Of a stretch of DNA of 64,000 nucleotides, positions 21,314-30,525 are shown piece after piece. This DNA is from Anaerofustis sp. Lineage in GTDB: Bacteria > Bacillota > Clostridia > Eubacteriales > Anaerofustaceae. A model generated the notes under the pieces. It made no database searches. It had not been told where the DNA came from and saw only the letters and a list, made by a program, of their open reading frames with translations. The stretch lies in the NCBI GenBank assembly GCA_041447245.1, contig JBGMEA010000012.1, forward strand, positions 282,297 to 346,296, written 5' to 3'. Position 1 is the first letter of the stretch; each line of letters begins with the position of its first letter. A program made the translations under genes and the position numbers.

Positions 21314-21661
21314 ATGGAAGATCGAAAAAAAACAAAAAAAGAACTGACCAGCGCTTACAAACAAAAGCCGGAGGAGGGCGGGGTGTTTCTCATCCGCAAT
21401 ACGGCGACGGGGAAAGTGCTGCTTGATTCCTCGCCAAATTTGGCGGGACAAAAAAACCGCTTTGAGTTTGCGAAAGCAACAAAGAGCTGCATCCATAAAA
21501 AACTCGAGAAAGACTGGAAAACATACGGCTGCGACGCATTCGAGTTTGAAGTGCTGGAAGAACTAAGGCAAGGCGATGCTCAATCGTCCTCTGAATTTGC
21601 GGAGGATGTGAAAACGCTCCTGGAAATTTGGGAGGAGAAATTTTCCGGGGATCGTTATTGA
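21314..21661 (+). CDS. GIY-YIG-like nuclease family small protein
   Basis: GGVFLIRNTATGKVLLDSSPNL...R...F, then FEFEVLEEL downstream, as in GIY-YIG. Overlaps the upstream stop by a few nt. Confidence 0.45.
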   Translation: MEDRKKTKKELTSAYKQKPEEGGVFLIRNTATGKVLLDSSPNLAGQKNRFEFAKATKSCIHKKLEKDWKTYGCDAFEFEVLEELRQGDAQSSSEFAEDVKTLLEIWEEKFSGDRY

Positions 21662-21780
21662 TTCGGTAAAGAGAAAGCGGAATGCAATTCCCTGAGAAAG
21701 GCATCATAACTCTGCTTGACAACTTTGAGTTATGTGAGATAAGATAATAAGGTATTAATCAGGGAAAGGTGGAATGAAGA

Positions 21781-22062
21781 ATGACACAACAAACTCCTCA
21801 GCCACAGCAACAGAATGACGGGAAAGCCATTGCGTCATTGGTACTTGGCATCTTGGCCGCAGTTTGCGTTTTCTTCGGTTACGGTGCACTTTTGGGTATC
21901 GTGCTTGGAGTCGTGGGACTTATTTTAGGTATTATGTCTAAAAAAGAACAGCCCTCCGGAATGGCAACCGCAGGCATTGTATTGAGCATTATCGCTATCG
22001 CGATATGCGTGATCGGATTTATTGCATGTGTGGCATGCGTATCCGCAATGGCTGCTTATTAA
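21781..22062 (+). CDS. DUF4190-like small membrane protein
   Basis: Gln/Pro-rich N-terminus, then two Gly-zipper TM helices (ASLVLGILAA..., GIVLGVVGLILGI...). Confidence 0.55.
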   Translation: MTQQTPQPQQQNDGKAIASLVLGILAAVCVFFGYGALLGIVLGVVGLILGIMSKKEQPSGMATAGIVLSIIAIAICVIGFIACVACVSAMAAY

Positions 22063-22131
22063 AAACAGTCGGAATCGGGAAGGGAATGATTGTTCCCTTC
22101 TTTTCTTTTTTTCGGAGTCAGGAGAATTTTT

Positions 22132-22893
22132 ATGCTACCTTACTTTCAGATCGGATCTTATCAACTGCCGACATACGGATTGATGATTTTAATCGGGTTT
22201 GCGCTCGGTATTTTGGTTGCGGTGAAACGACCCGCCATATCCGGATTGCAGCGGGATGATATTTTTTATTCGTTTCTTTACGGAGCCATCGGAACGGTGG
22301 TCGGTGCAAAGCTGCTGTATCTTGCGATCACGCTTCCCGTGATGATGCGATCGGCATCCTTTGTCTTTTCGTGGGACACGATTGTGGAATTGTTACGATA
22401 CGGGTTTGTTTTCTATGGAGGTGTGATCGGAGCAATTCTTGGATTTTTTCTTTATGCCAAGCAATATAAGCTGCAATTTTTCCCGCTTTTGGAAAATGCG
22501 GTGCCGTCGATTCCTCTTATTCATTCCATCGGACGCATCGGTTGTTTTTTGGCAGGATGCTGCTACGGAAAACCGATGGATCCTCCATGGGGGGTATACT
22601 TCAATCCCGAATCGGTTGCGCCTTGCGGTGTTGCGTTGTTTCCGGTACAGTTGCTGGAATCCGGAATCAATCTCGTTTTGTTTTTTCTGTTGTTTGCATA
22701 CTCGAGAAAACCGAGACGGGAAGGGCAGATTCTCGGCTTTTACCTGGCTTTTTACGCCGTGGAACGTTTTTTTCTGGAATATCTTCGATACGATGAGATC
22801 AGGGGCATTTTTTGGGGACTGTCGACTTCACAATGGATCAGCCTCATCCTCCTTCCGGTTGGACTGTATTTACTGTTGAGAAAAAGAAAATAG
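22132..22893 (+). CDS. lgt: prolipoprotein diacylglyceryl transferase
   Basis: MLPYFQIGSYQLPTYGLMILIGF... and the Lgt signature GRIGCFLAGCCYGKP. RBS AGGAGAATTTTT. Confidence 0.75.
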   Translation: MLPYFQIGSYQLPTYGLMILIGFALGILVAVKRPAISGLQRDDIFYSFLYGAIGTVVGAKLLYLAITLPVMMRSASFVFSWDTIVELLRYGFVFYGGVIGAILGFFLYAKQYKLQFFPLLENAVPSIPLIHSIGRIGCFLAGCCYGKPMDPPWGVYFNPESVAPCGVALFPVQLLESGINLVLFFLLFAYSRKPRREGQILGFYLAFYAVERFFLEYLRYDEIRGIFWGLSTSQWISLILLPVGLYLLLRKRK

Positions 22894-22961
22894 GGTTAAT
22901 ACCAACGAAAGTATCAAAAAGCACTCCGTTCTTTAAAGTACGGAGTGCTTTGTATTTCTTT

Positions 22962-24056
22962 TTAGTTTCTGCCGTAGAGTTTGTTGTAATAATTCAGAGA
23001 GTAGTTGTAAAGTTCGTCACGGGCAATGGCTTCCTGAGGCATCGCTTCGGGTCCCATCACTTCCGTCATGAGCCAGCACATGACGCGTCCGTTTGCACCG
23101 AAATGATCCACAAAATCGCGCACTGCCTTTCTTATTTGTTCTTCATTCCAGTCTTTTTCGATTATCAGCCGGAATGCAAAACTCATCTCTTTCCCATAGG
23201 TTTCGTGAAGGAAATCAGGGTCATTGATACCGAATTGGGGAGTCCACATATCAATGCCCATTTCGATCATCATCGGAACATATTGAATATTTTTCCCGCA
23301 GGAATGCAGTTCTATAAATTTCCCCTGATCTTTCAGGTAGCCAAGAAACCGTTTTGTCGCGGGCATAATTTGTTCGCGGAACATATCGTTTGAAAAGAAT
23401 CCCATACGCTGAGTGCCCCAATCGTCATGATAGAGCACGCCGTCCACTCTGCCGTAGTTGTCGAAAATCTTACCGCAGGACTCAATCTTATAATCAGCCA
23501 TTTTCTCAAAGAAATCTTCCAATAATTCCGGTTCCTCGTAAAAAGCGGTCAGACTTTCGTCAAACGGGATCATTTCGTGTAAGCGTTCGAAAATTCCTTC
23601 AACGCATTCATAAATGTGTGGTCTGTCGGGATCAAGCAGTTTCTGAATCTTCTGTCCATCGGCATTGAAATCCACCAGAGAAAGATCGGGCCAGTCCAAT
23701 TCTTCTTTCCATTTTGCAAAATCGGAGATCGTTCGGGTGCCCGGTTTTGTGATCATTCCGCCCACTTTTTCTACCATAATCCAATTCACGCCCCACCAGT
23801 CGTATCCATCCACTTCCGGCACGGGATGCTCTTCCATCGCGTCCGGCCAAACAATATTGGATTCGTGGAAATATGCCGGCATCCAGTACGGCTGCTGTCC
23901 CTTGACGCAGCGGATATAATTTTCCCTCACGCTGATCGCACGCTTTTCGATTGGGGGTTTCGGTTGCTGAAAGATCCAGGGAAAGCTTCCTTCCGATTGC
24001 CATGCCTTCGAGTAATCGCGGTTTGCCGCGACTTCCATAAATTTGCCCATCATCAT
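22962..24056 (-). CDS. uroporphyrinogen-decarboxylase (URO-D) family methyltransferase (MtaA/CmuA-like corrinoid:acceptor methyltransferase), paralog 1
   Basis: URO-D/MtaA-family fold; paralogous to 29139..30302 and 53753..54934. The shared features are GRVDGVLYHDDWG, HSCG and the C-terminal region. Confidence 0.7.
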   Translation of the reverse strand: MMMGKFMEVAANRDYSKAWQSEGSFPWIFQQPKPPIEKRAISVRENYIRCVKGQQPYWMPAYFHESNIVWPDAMEEHPVPEVDGYDWWGVNWIMVEKVGGMITKPGTRTISDFAKWKEELDWPDLSLVDFNADGQKIQKLLDPDRPHIYECVEGIFERLHEMIPFDESLTAFYEEPELLEDFFEKMADYKIESCGKIFDNYGRVDGVLYHDDWGTQRMGFFSNDMFREQIMPATKRFLGYLKDQGKFIELHSCGKNIQYVPMMIEMGIDMWTPQFGINDPDFLHETYGKEMSFAFRLIIEKDWNEEQIRKAVRDFVDHFGANGRVMCWLMTEVMGPEAMPQEAIARDELYNYSLNYYNKLYGRN

Positions 24057-24218
24057 ACACTCCTTACGTTTCTACTAATTATGTATATATAATTATACCA
24101 TATCGGTACTGCATATGCTCAAATAAATTATTAAAAAAAAATCGGATTCAAATATGCTTTGCTATGGACGAAACAATAAAAAAACGCTTCCGCAAAGAAG
24201 CGCCCGTCTGATACTGAT

Positions 24219-24842
24219 TCAATCCGCATTTTCGTTTTCGATGAGTTTTTTTGCAAGGCGCATGCCGAGCCCGATGATGCTTTCGATATGGAGCAATTGA
24301 GAAATCAACGGATCATACAGAATCGTCGCATTTGCTGCGAACTCTTCATCGCCCTCCCATATCGCCGCACAGAGAGGGATCAAAGGGAACGCCTCAAATG
24401 TTGCGGAGCTGTCACCCATATGGGAAGGAACTCCGTGCAAGCCCTGCACCGCCTCGGCAAATTTTCGGAGATCTTTGCCGAATGCCGAGATCAATGCCAG
24501 GATCGCATCTTTGTGAAAGGCGGGATAAAACAGTGCCCCTCCGTTCGGAATCTCTTTCAGACTGACCCATTGCCCCGACGCCGTATATTCACACGGAAGT
24601 TGGGAGAATGTCAGGTAATGCAAAATCAGAATCGCATCGTCAATCGGCGGAATCGATCCGTCGCTGCATTTGCTCACCGTTTTGTTTACGCAATCAACCC
24701 GATACGCTTCCCCGAAATACGGCACCGTAAAACAATGTGTTTCGGTGCAATAGTCAACATGCAAAAAAACCGCAATATCATGCGGTTCCCGTTGGAAAAG
24801 ATCGTCAAATCCTTTGTCGTAGGCAATTCGGTAGTTACTCAT
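24219..24842 (-). CDS. DUF3786-like protein
   Basis: ~200-aa Cys-containing protein of the type commonly found beside corrinoid methyltransferase genes. Assignment is from memory of the family, not a search. Confidence 0.4.
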   Translation of the reverse strand: MSNYRIAYDKGFDDLFQREPHDIAVFLHVDYCTETHCFTVPYFGEAYRVDCVNKTVSKCSDGSIPPIDDAILILHYLTFSQLPCEYTASGQWVSLKEIPNGGALFYPAFHKDAILALISAFGKDLRKFAEAVQGLHGVPSHMGDSSATFEAFPLIPLCAAIWEGDEEFAANATILYDPLISQLLHIESIIGLGMRLAKKLIENENAD

Positions 24843-24856
24843 ATCGATTCTCCGGC

Positions 24857-25066
24857 TTAGTTTTTTCGCTTATCCAGCAGCGGCTTGATCCGATCTGTCA
24901 GTTCCTGCGTTGGATTAATCTGCACAAAATATCCGGTTTGATAGAACTTATCGCAATCCGTTTCATACAGTACGTTTTCGGTGGATAAATTGATGAGTGC
25001 ATATTTCTTTTTTTGAATTTGTACCAAATAGCTGCTGTCGGAGCGCTGAGCCAAAATTTTTATCAT
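24857..25066 (-). CDS. small hypothetical protein (~70 aa)
   Basis: ORF MIKILAQRSDSSYLVQIQKKKYALINL... with weak RBS. Start uncertain (TTG at 25096 in the ORF track). Confidence 0.3.
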   Translation of the reverse strand: MIKILAQRSDSSYLVQIQKKKYALINLSTENVLYETDCDKFYQTGYFVQINPTQELTDRIKPLLDKRKN

Positions 25067-25106
25067 GGTATAAGTTTCCGTTTCAGTTCGTATCAATCGT
25101 ATAAAA

Positions 25107-25131
25107 AACCCGAATTATATAAATTCGGGCT
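25107..25131 (-). terminator. rho-independent terminator (minus strand) ending a short non-coding transcript / leader
   Basis: Minus strand: cccgaat-ttatata-attcggg followed by tttttta. Confidence 0.45.
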
Positions 25132-25726
25132 GAAAATCTCATGCTGAGGATCGTTCATGAACCGCTGGCGGAAAGCGGAGCGATTTATTAGGACGTGAAG
25201 CGGATTTTGAAAAAAAAGATGAAGATCCGCAACGGTTCACAAACGAGGAGTTGATGTTTGATTGTGATTATAGCACAACGTTTTCACGTTGAAAACCCTT
25301 TTTATCCATAAAAAAAAAGAAATGTAAACGTTTTATATAACAATTTGCATATTCAAAAATACGCTCGATTATGGCGCTTAAAAGATGAATTAAGCATTAA
25401 TTATATAATAAGTATTTAGAAAAATACAATTATGTAAGTAATAAAATCGCATAAAAGTTGCGTAGGCAACGATACTTGCTGCCTTATTTTGTTTATGGAC
25501 AATGATAATCAATATTGCAAAATAAAAAATTGAATTGTTTGTAATTGATTTTCTTGGCGTAAATCGTTGGAGATGCTAAAGTAAAAGCAAGAAATTTATT
25601 TATTTTGTGTAAAACAAGAATCATTCAAATCACAGCAGAGTACTTTTCGACCGATCAGAAAAAGGACTTGCAAACACGCGGGAATAGTTTATAATGAATA
25701 TAAATAAGAAGGCAGAGGTGAGCAAT

Positions 25727-26545
25727 ATGCTTCCGATAAACACCGATCAGTTTGCGGAACTGATCAAAGAACTCAACGCAATGAAGAATGCTTTGGCTCA
25801 ACTTTTGGCGGAAAAAGAGTATATGCTCGTTTATGATACTGTCCGCTTGGAAGCCGAGTATATGGAAAAAGTCGGCCATTTGGAATATACGATTTTTCAT
25901 TTGGATTTAAAACTGAAAAAACTTCTGAGGAAAATTGAAATTGTGCGCAGCAAGATTGCCGGAAATGAGCCGATTAATCTCAAAATGATCGATGAACAGA
26001 TCGAACGTGAATTTTCTCAAGAAAAAAAAGAAGAGAGCAAGCGTTCCGACCATATGTGTTTTGTGGAAGAAGAGAACAAAAAACAAAAAAAATTATCAAA
26101 AGAGAACCAAAAAACACTCAAAGAGATGTATTATAAACTTGCAAAGAAACTTCATCCCGATATCAATCCCGATATTACCGAACAGGAGCTGGCTTTGTGG
26201 CATCGGGTGCAGCGTGCGTATGAAAACCGTGATCTGGAAGAAATGACCATGCTCTATGAAATGTATGAGCAGGTGCTTGAGTTGGAGTCCGAACTGACAG
26301 AGCGGGAAGAGATCGTGAAACGGATTGAAAAAATCAGAGAGCTCATCAAGCAGACGCTGGCTGACATTGCCGCGATCAAAACAACGTTTCCTTTTACTTT
26401 TGAGGAAAAGCTCAGGGATGAAGATTGGCTGTTCGGAAAGAATGCCATTAACAATCAACTTTACCGTCAGCTGAAGCAGGAATACGGCATACACTATGAA
26501 CAGCTCCGTATGATGCTTTCCAGTGTCGGAATCCTTTATTTTTAA
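25727..26545 (+). CDS. J-domain (HPD motif) coiled-coil protein, tandem paralog A
   Basis: N-terminal coiled coil. Central LKEMYYKLAKKLHPDINPD...LALWHRVQRAYE matches J-domain helix II, HPD loop and helix III. RBS GGCAGAGGTGAGCAAT. Confidence 0.55.
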   Translation: MLPINTDQFAELIKELNAMKNALAQLLAEKEYMLVYDTVRLEAEYMEKVGHLEYTIFHLDLKLKKLLRKIEIVRSKIAGNEPINLKMIDEQIEREFSQEKKEESKRSDHMCFVEEENKKQKKLSKENQKTLKEMYYKLAKKLHPDINPDITEQELALWHRVQRAYENRDLEEMTMLYEMYEQVLELESELTEREEIVKRIEKIRELIKQTLADIAAIKTTFPFTFEEKLRDEDWLFGKNAINNQLYRQLKQEYGIHYEQLRMMLSSVGILYF

Positions 26546-26553
26546 GATCGGAG

Positions 26554-27378
26554 GTGGACATCATCGTACCGTTGAATACAGAACAGTATATTGCCGCGGT
26601 TGATCAGCTGAGCCTTTTGAAATCGGCCGCAGCCGATGCGATTGCGGAAAAAGACGAATTGGTTTTCCATCGTTCGATGGAGTTGGAACGCGAATACATT
26701 CTTAAGGTCGGCAGCCTCGAAAATCGAATTCTGTCTGCCGAACACGAACTGCAAAAATTGAAGCGGAAAGCCGAAGTGGTCAGAACCTATTCGTTTGATC
26801 TTCGAGATTCGGATCTGAAAATGATCGACATGCAAGTCGAATTGGAATATTCCAAACTGGGAAATGAACTGAAGAACCGACTTCAAAAAGAAGAAGTTAT
26901 CTTAGAGACCGAATTGCCGGTTTCCATATCGGAAGAAGCAAAGCTTCGTCTGACGGCAGTGTATTCCCGACTGATAAAACTGCTTCATCCCGAGTTGAAT
27001 CCCGATACGGACAGAGAGAGTTTGCTTTTGTGGCAGCGCGCCCATGCGGCATTTATCCGGCGTGATCCCGATGATTTGATCCGCATTGCTCTGCAATGTG
27101 CGTACGTGTGTGAATATGTTCCCGATAAGAGTGTTTCGGATGATCTGGTGTCGAGAATGGAGCGATGCCGCGAACTGATCGCAAACAATCAAAGTGTGTG
27201 TGAAAAGATTCGGAAAGAATATCCGTTTACTTACGAAGAACGTCTGTCCGACGAAGGATGGGTTCATCGGAGCCGAATGGTGAATGAAGGCATGTTGGAC
27301 TATCTGAATGCGGCCTATGATGAAAATCTGCAGAACCTGAACGAACTTGTGGATCGCAAACGCGCCAATGAAAAATAA
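26554..27378 (+). CDS. J-domain (HPD motif) coiled-coil protein, tandem paralog B
   Basis: Same architecture (LTAVYSRLIKLLHPELNPD...LLLWQRAHAAFIRRD). GTG start directly after GGAGG; start uncertain. Confidence 0.55.
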   Translation: MDIIVPLNTEQYIAAVDQLSLLKSAAADAIAEKDELVFHRSMELEREYILKVGSLENRILSAEHELQKLKRKAEVVRTYSFDLRDSDLKMIDMQVELEYSKLGNELKNRLQKEEVILETELPVSISEEAKLRLTAVYSRLIKLLHPELNPDTDRESLLLWQRAHAAFIRRDPDDLIRIALQCAYVCEYVPDKSVSDDLVSRMERCRELIANNQSVCEKIRKEYPFTYEERLSDEGWVHRSRMVNEGMLDYLNAAYDENLQNLNELVDRKRANEK

Positions 27379-27405
27379 AAAAAGAGCCGATTCGGCTCTT
27401 TTTAT
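27376..27405. terminator. bidirectional rho-independent terminator
   Basis: aaaaagagccgattcggctcttttt. Near-identical to the hairpin at 14113-14144. Confidence 0.65.
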
Positions 27406-27851
27406 TATGCTTTTTTTACGATTGCATTTGCCAACAATGGGATGACCGGAGTAATCAGAACGGAAACGAGATAACAGAGCAGTAATGCAAACGGAAAACC
27501 TGAGATCCATGCGCCTAGCAGGTAAGGAACAAATCCCACGTTGATCAAAGTTAATGAAAAAGACATGATCACAACCATGATTAGCGTGATCGGAATATTA
27601 TAAATCAATATGTATAACAGACTGCGTTCTTTGCATCTCAGGGTCTTAGCAAATGCATCACCGATTTTTGGAAGCGGAATCAGGGACCCGATTACGAAGC
27701 CGATGGCAAATGCTTCGAGGAATGCGATAAAAATCGGAAGAAAAAGCATCGGGGCTTTGTTAAACCATTGCATTCCGATGGACATTGCGATTCCGATAAG
27801 AAAACAAAACCAGAAATTCATTATCAATCCAAAAAATTTTCTATTGATCAT
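27405..27851 (-). CDS. small polytopic membrane protein (DUF2798-like)
   Basis: Four hydrophobic helices; MINRKFFGLIMNFWFCFLIG... Confidence 0.45.
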   Translation of the reverse strand: MINRKFFGLIMNFWFCFLIGIAMSIGMQWFNKAPMLFLPIFIAFLEAFAIGFVIGSLIPLPKIGDAFAKTLRCKERSLLYILIYNIPITLIMVVIMSFSLTLINVGFVPYLLGAWISGFPFALLLCYLVSVLITPVIPLLANAIVKKA

Positions 27852-27979
27852 AAATAAAATATCTCCTTGACTATTTATAAATTAATCATTATATTTTTAT
27901 GTCAAATCGAATCATGTCAAAGTTAATCTGTGGATGAGATTCGCTTCAGAAAGTATAGGACTGAGAAAATTTGATACCT

Positions 27980-28948
27980 CTACATGTATTTCTGAAGATC
28001 CCAATATGTACCGACTTTTTCTTTCCAAACGAAGCTGTATTTTTCGATGAGATCGGCAGCACATAATGCTTTTTGTCCTGTTAATTTTTCCACGTTGTCC
28101 GTTACGATGTCCATCAATCCATCCCGAACCCCATATTCATTGGTAACCATGTCATTCCCGCAGAAAGGTACAGGAGATTGAGAATAGTCTCCGTCAGTCG
28201 TGCGGGGGATGTGAATGGAATCCAAGTAATCGAAAAATTTGTCAGGGCTTACCGGTATGTAGGTAAACGGGAGACCGGATGCATCGGCGATCAAGCGGAC
28301 GATTTCTCTCTGTGTGATGGATTCTCCGCCCGTAACGTCATAGGCTGTATTCAAAGCTCCTTTTCCCTGCAGCAGGGCGCTGCCGACTCTGCCACTGTCA
28401 TCTTTTGCTATATAGGTTGCTTTTCCTTCTCCTGCGGGGGTAATCCATTTATAATCGCTTATATTTGCCAACAAAACCGAATTGATAAGATAGTTTTCCA
28501 AATACAGATTGTTTCTCATAATATTGTAATTCAATCCGCTTTCACGGAGAAATCCTTCTGTAGCGGTATGATCCGGCAATACGTATTGATCATATCCTGT
28601 TCGATCCGCACCGAGAAAGGATGTGTAAGTGACGTGGTCGATTCCTGCTTTTTTTGCTGCGTCCACGACATTCTGGTGCTGTACGATTCGCAAGGGACCG
28701 TTAATGATGCTTGAGACGAAGAACATCCGCTGCACCCCTTGAAATGCTTCATTCAATTGGGAAGCATTATCATAGTTTGCTTCTTTGACCGTGACTCCCC
28801 GTTTGATCCACATATCATATTTGTCTTTTTGCAATCGATTCAAATCAGGTACCGTAAAAATAAGCTGACTGCTATCGACCGCTTCAAGCATATTTGCGGC
28901 AACCCGTCCTCCCAATTGCCCATCTGTGCCGGTGATAAGATATTTCAT
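27980..28948 (-). CDS. NmrA-like / atypical SDR family NAD(P)-binding oxidoreductase
   Basis: MKYLITGTDGQLGGRVA Rossmann GxxGxxG at N-terminus; ~320 aa. Confidence 0.7.
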   Translation of the reverse strand: MKYLITGTDGQLGGRVAANMLEAVDSSQLIFTVPDLNRLQKDKYDMWIKRGVTVKEANYDNASQLNEAFQGVQRMFFVSSIINGPLRIVQHQNVVDAAKKAGIDHVTYTSFLGADRTGYDQYVLPDHTATEGFLRESGLNYNIMRNNLYLENYLINSVLLANISDYKWITPAGEGKATYIAKDDSGRVGSALLQGKGALNTAYDVTGGESITQREIVRLIADASGLPFTYIPVSPDKFFDYLDSIHIPRTTDGDYSQSPVPFCGNDMVTNEYGVRDGLMDIVTDNVEKLTGQKALCAADLIEKYSFVWKEKVGTYWDLQKYM

Positions 28949-29138
28949 ATTTTTTTACCTCCTGTATCAATCAAAATATGCTTACTGTTTCACATTTGTC
29001 ATCAGTCGCACATGTTGAACCACAATGTTTTCAAGAATACCGAATATTCATCATCATTATTTGGCGCAATATTCAGCTCTTGTCTGATCTCTGCAAGCAG
29101 TTCTATAATTGTCTTGTTCTCATTCATGATTATCACTC

Positions 29139-30302
29139 CTAGTAAATGCCGTATTCGTGCGCACAGTTCAATGCTGCTTTGAAATTCTCAGGATTCACAT
29201 CATCCGGCGCAATCAGGATATTATCTGTTGTAAGTATGAATCCTCCCCCCGGCGCACAGGAATCAATGACCATTTTTGTCTGATCGATGCATTCCTGTTT
29301 TGTGCCGTATTTCAAGAGTCTCGTGCTCAGACCTCCCGCGATTGTCACATTACTGCCGATTTTTTCTTTCGCGCTTTTCAGGTCATCCTTTTCAAGCAAA
29401 ATAATGGATTTTCCTTTCGGGAATTCATTAATAAACTCATAAAGATGTGATGCGGCAGTTTCCATATAAAATTCGAATTTGAAACCTTGTTCCATGAGCG
29501 GAAAGAATATTTTTTTAAATGACGGCCAATAAATTGTTTCGAATTGTTTGGGGCTCAGAAAACCTGGCAGATGGATCGGCACGAATATAAAAGGAAAACC
29601 TCCTTTGCAATGGACATTGGAAGCAAACGTGTCAATCAGAATATCCGCAAATCGATCTGCTGTTTCCAGTACCATTTCAGGGCGTCGTCTGATATCCAGA
29701 GAAATTCCTTTAAATCCGCGATAGAAATCAAACAGAATATCCACTGCACTGATACCCATTCCACCGTTGACTGAAGGTAACCCAAACTGTTCTTTTGCGA
29801 TTTCGCCGCTTTTTATCATATTGCCCACAAATTCATTCAGGCTGGCAATAGATTTTTTTAACGATCCTTTGATTGCGTCTTCCTCACCGCGAAGATTGGG
29901 ATAACGTTCGGGGAACAGTTTGTTGAATGTGAATTCAAGCGGATCATTAATTAATTTTGGGTAATCCTCAGGATCAGGCATCATGACTGTTTCCTGATGC
30001 TGCAGCGTGTAGCCGTCTTCCGAAACAAAAAAGGAATCACTGCCGAGTGCATCATAAAAATTGATTGCTCTCTGGCTTCCCGTGGCAAAAACACCATCGA
30101 ATTCAAAGTCGGTCATCACTTTTGCGTAGGCAGAAAACTCTTTTTCAAAATCGTCAATGATGTCTTTTATTTTGGTTTTGGAATAGCCGTAAACCCATGT
30201 TTGATACAGTCCAAGTACCGGGACTTTGTCCGGTTCGGTCAGGTTTGTTGTCGCAATAAAGCGACCGACCCGTTCGTTGAATTTTTTTTCCAGTTCGTTC
30301 AT
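29139..30302 (-). CDS. URO-D family corrinoid methyltransferase, paralog 2
   Basis: Paralogous to 53753..54934 (shared ...FYDALG / FYDFFQEFPK, LL.E.D.L/I.K..L motifs). Confidence 0.7.
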   Translation of the reverse strand: MNELEKKFNERVGRFIATTNLTEPDKVPVLGLYQTWVYGYSKTKIKDIIDDFEKEFSAYAKVMTDFEFDGVFATGSQRAINFYDALGSDSFFVSEDGYTLQHQETVMMPDPEDYPKLINDPLEFTFNKLFPERYPNLRGEEDAIKGSLKKSIASLNEFVGNMIKSGEIAKEQFGLPSVNGGMGISAVDILFDFYRGFKGISLDIRRRPEMVLETADRFADILIDTFASNVHCKGGFPFIFVPIHLPGFLSPKQFETIYWPSFKKIFFPLMEQGFKFEFYMETAASHLYEFINEFPKGKSIILLEKDDLKSAKEKIGSNVTIAGGLSTRLLKYGTKQECIDQTKMVIDSCAPGGGFILTTDNILIAPDDVNPENFKAALNCAHEYGIY

Positions 30303-30392
30303 AATCGATAACTCATCCTTAGATCATTTTCATGATTTTTTTTATTGCATCATCAACCTTTGATCTGAGGTCGACGATAGATATGATTTGCC

Positions 30393-30479
30393 AATCAAAA
30401 AAACAAACGCGTTTGTGTTTTGATTATAACTTTTTTATTTTGATATGTCAATCAAAAAAATAAACACGTTTGTTTTTTT
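30393..30479. promoter_or_regulatory. two direct copies of a ~33-bp palindromic operator-like site upstream of the URO-D gene and downstream of the TetR gene
   Basis: AATCAAAAAAACAAACGCGTTTGTGTTTTGATT (30393-30425) and CAATCAAAAAAATAAACACGTTTGTTTTTTT (30449-30479). Confidence 0.45.
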
Positions 30480-30525
30480 ACTAAAGAAAAAACACTGATG
30501 ATGCAATACAGTGTTTCCGGTATGA

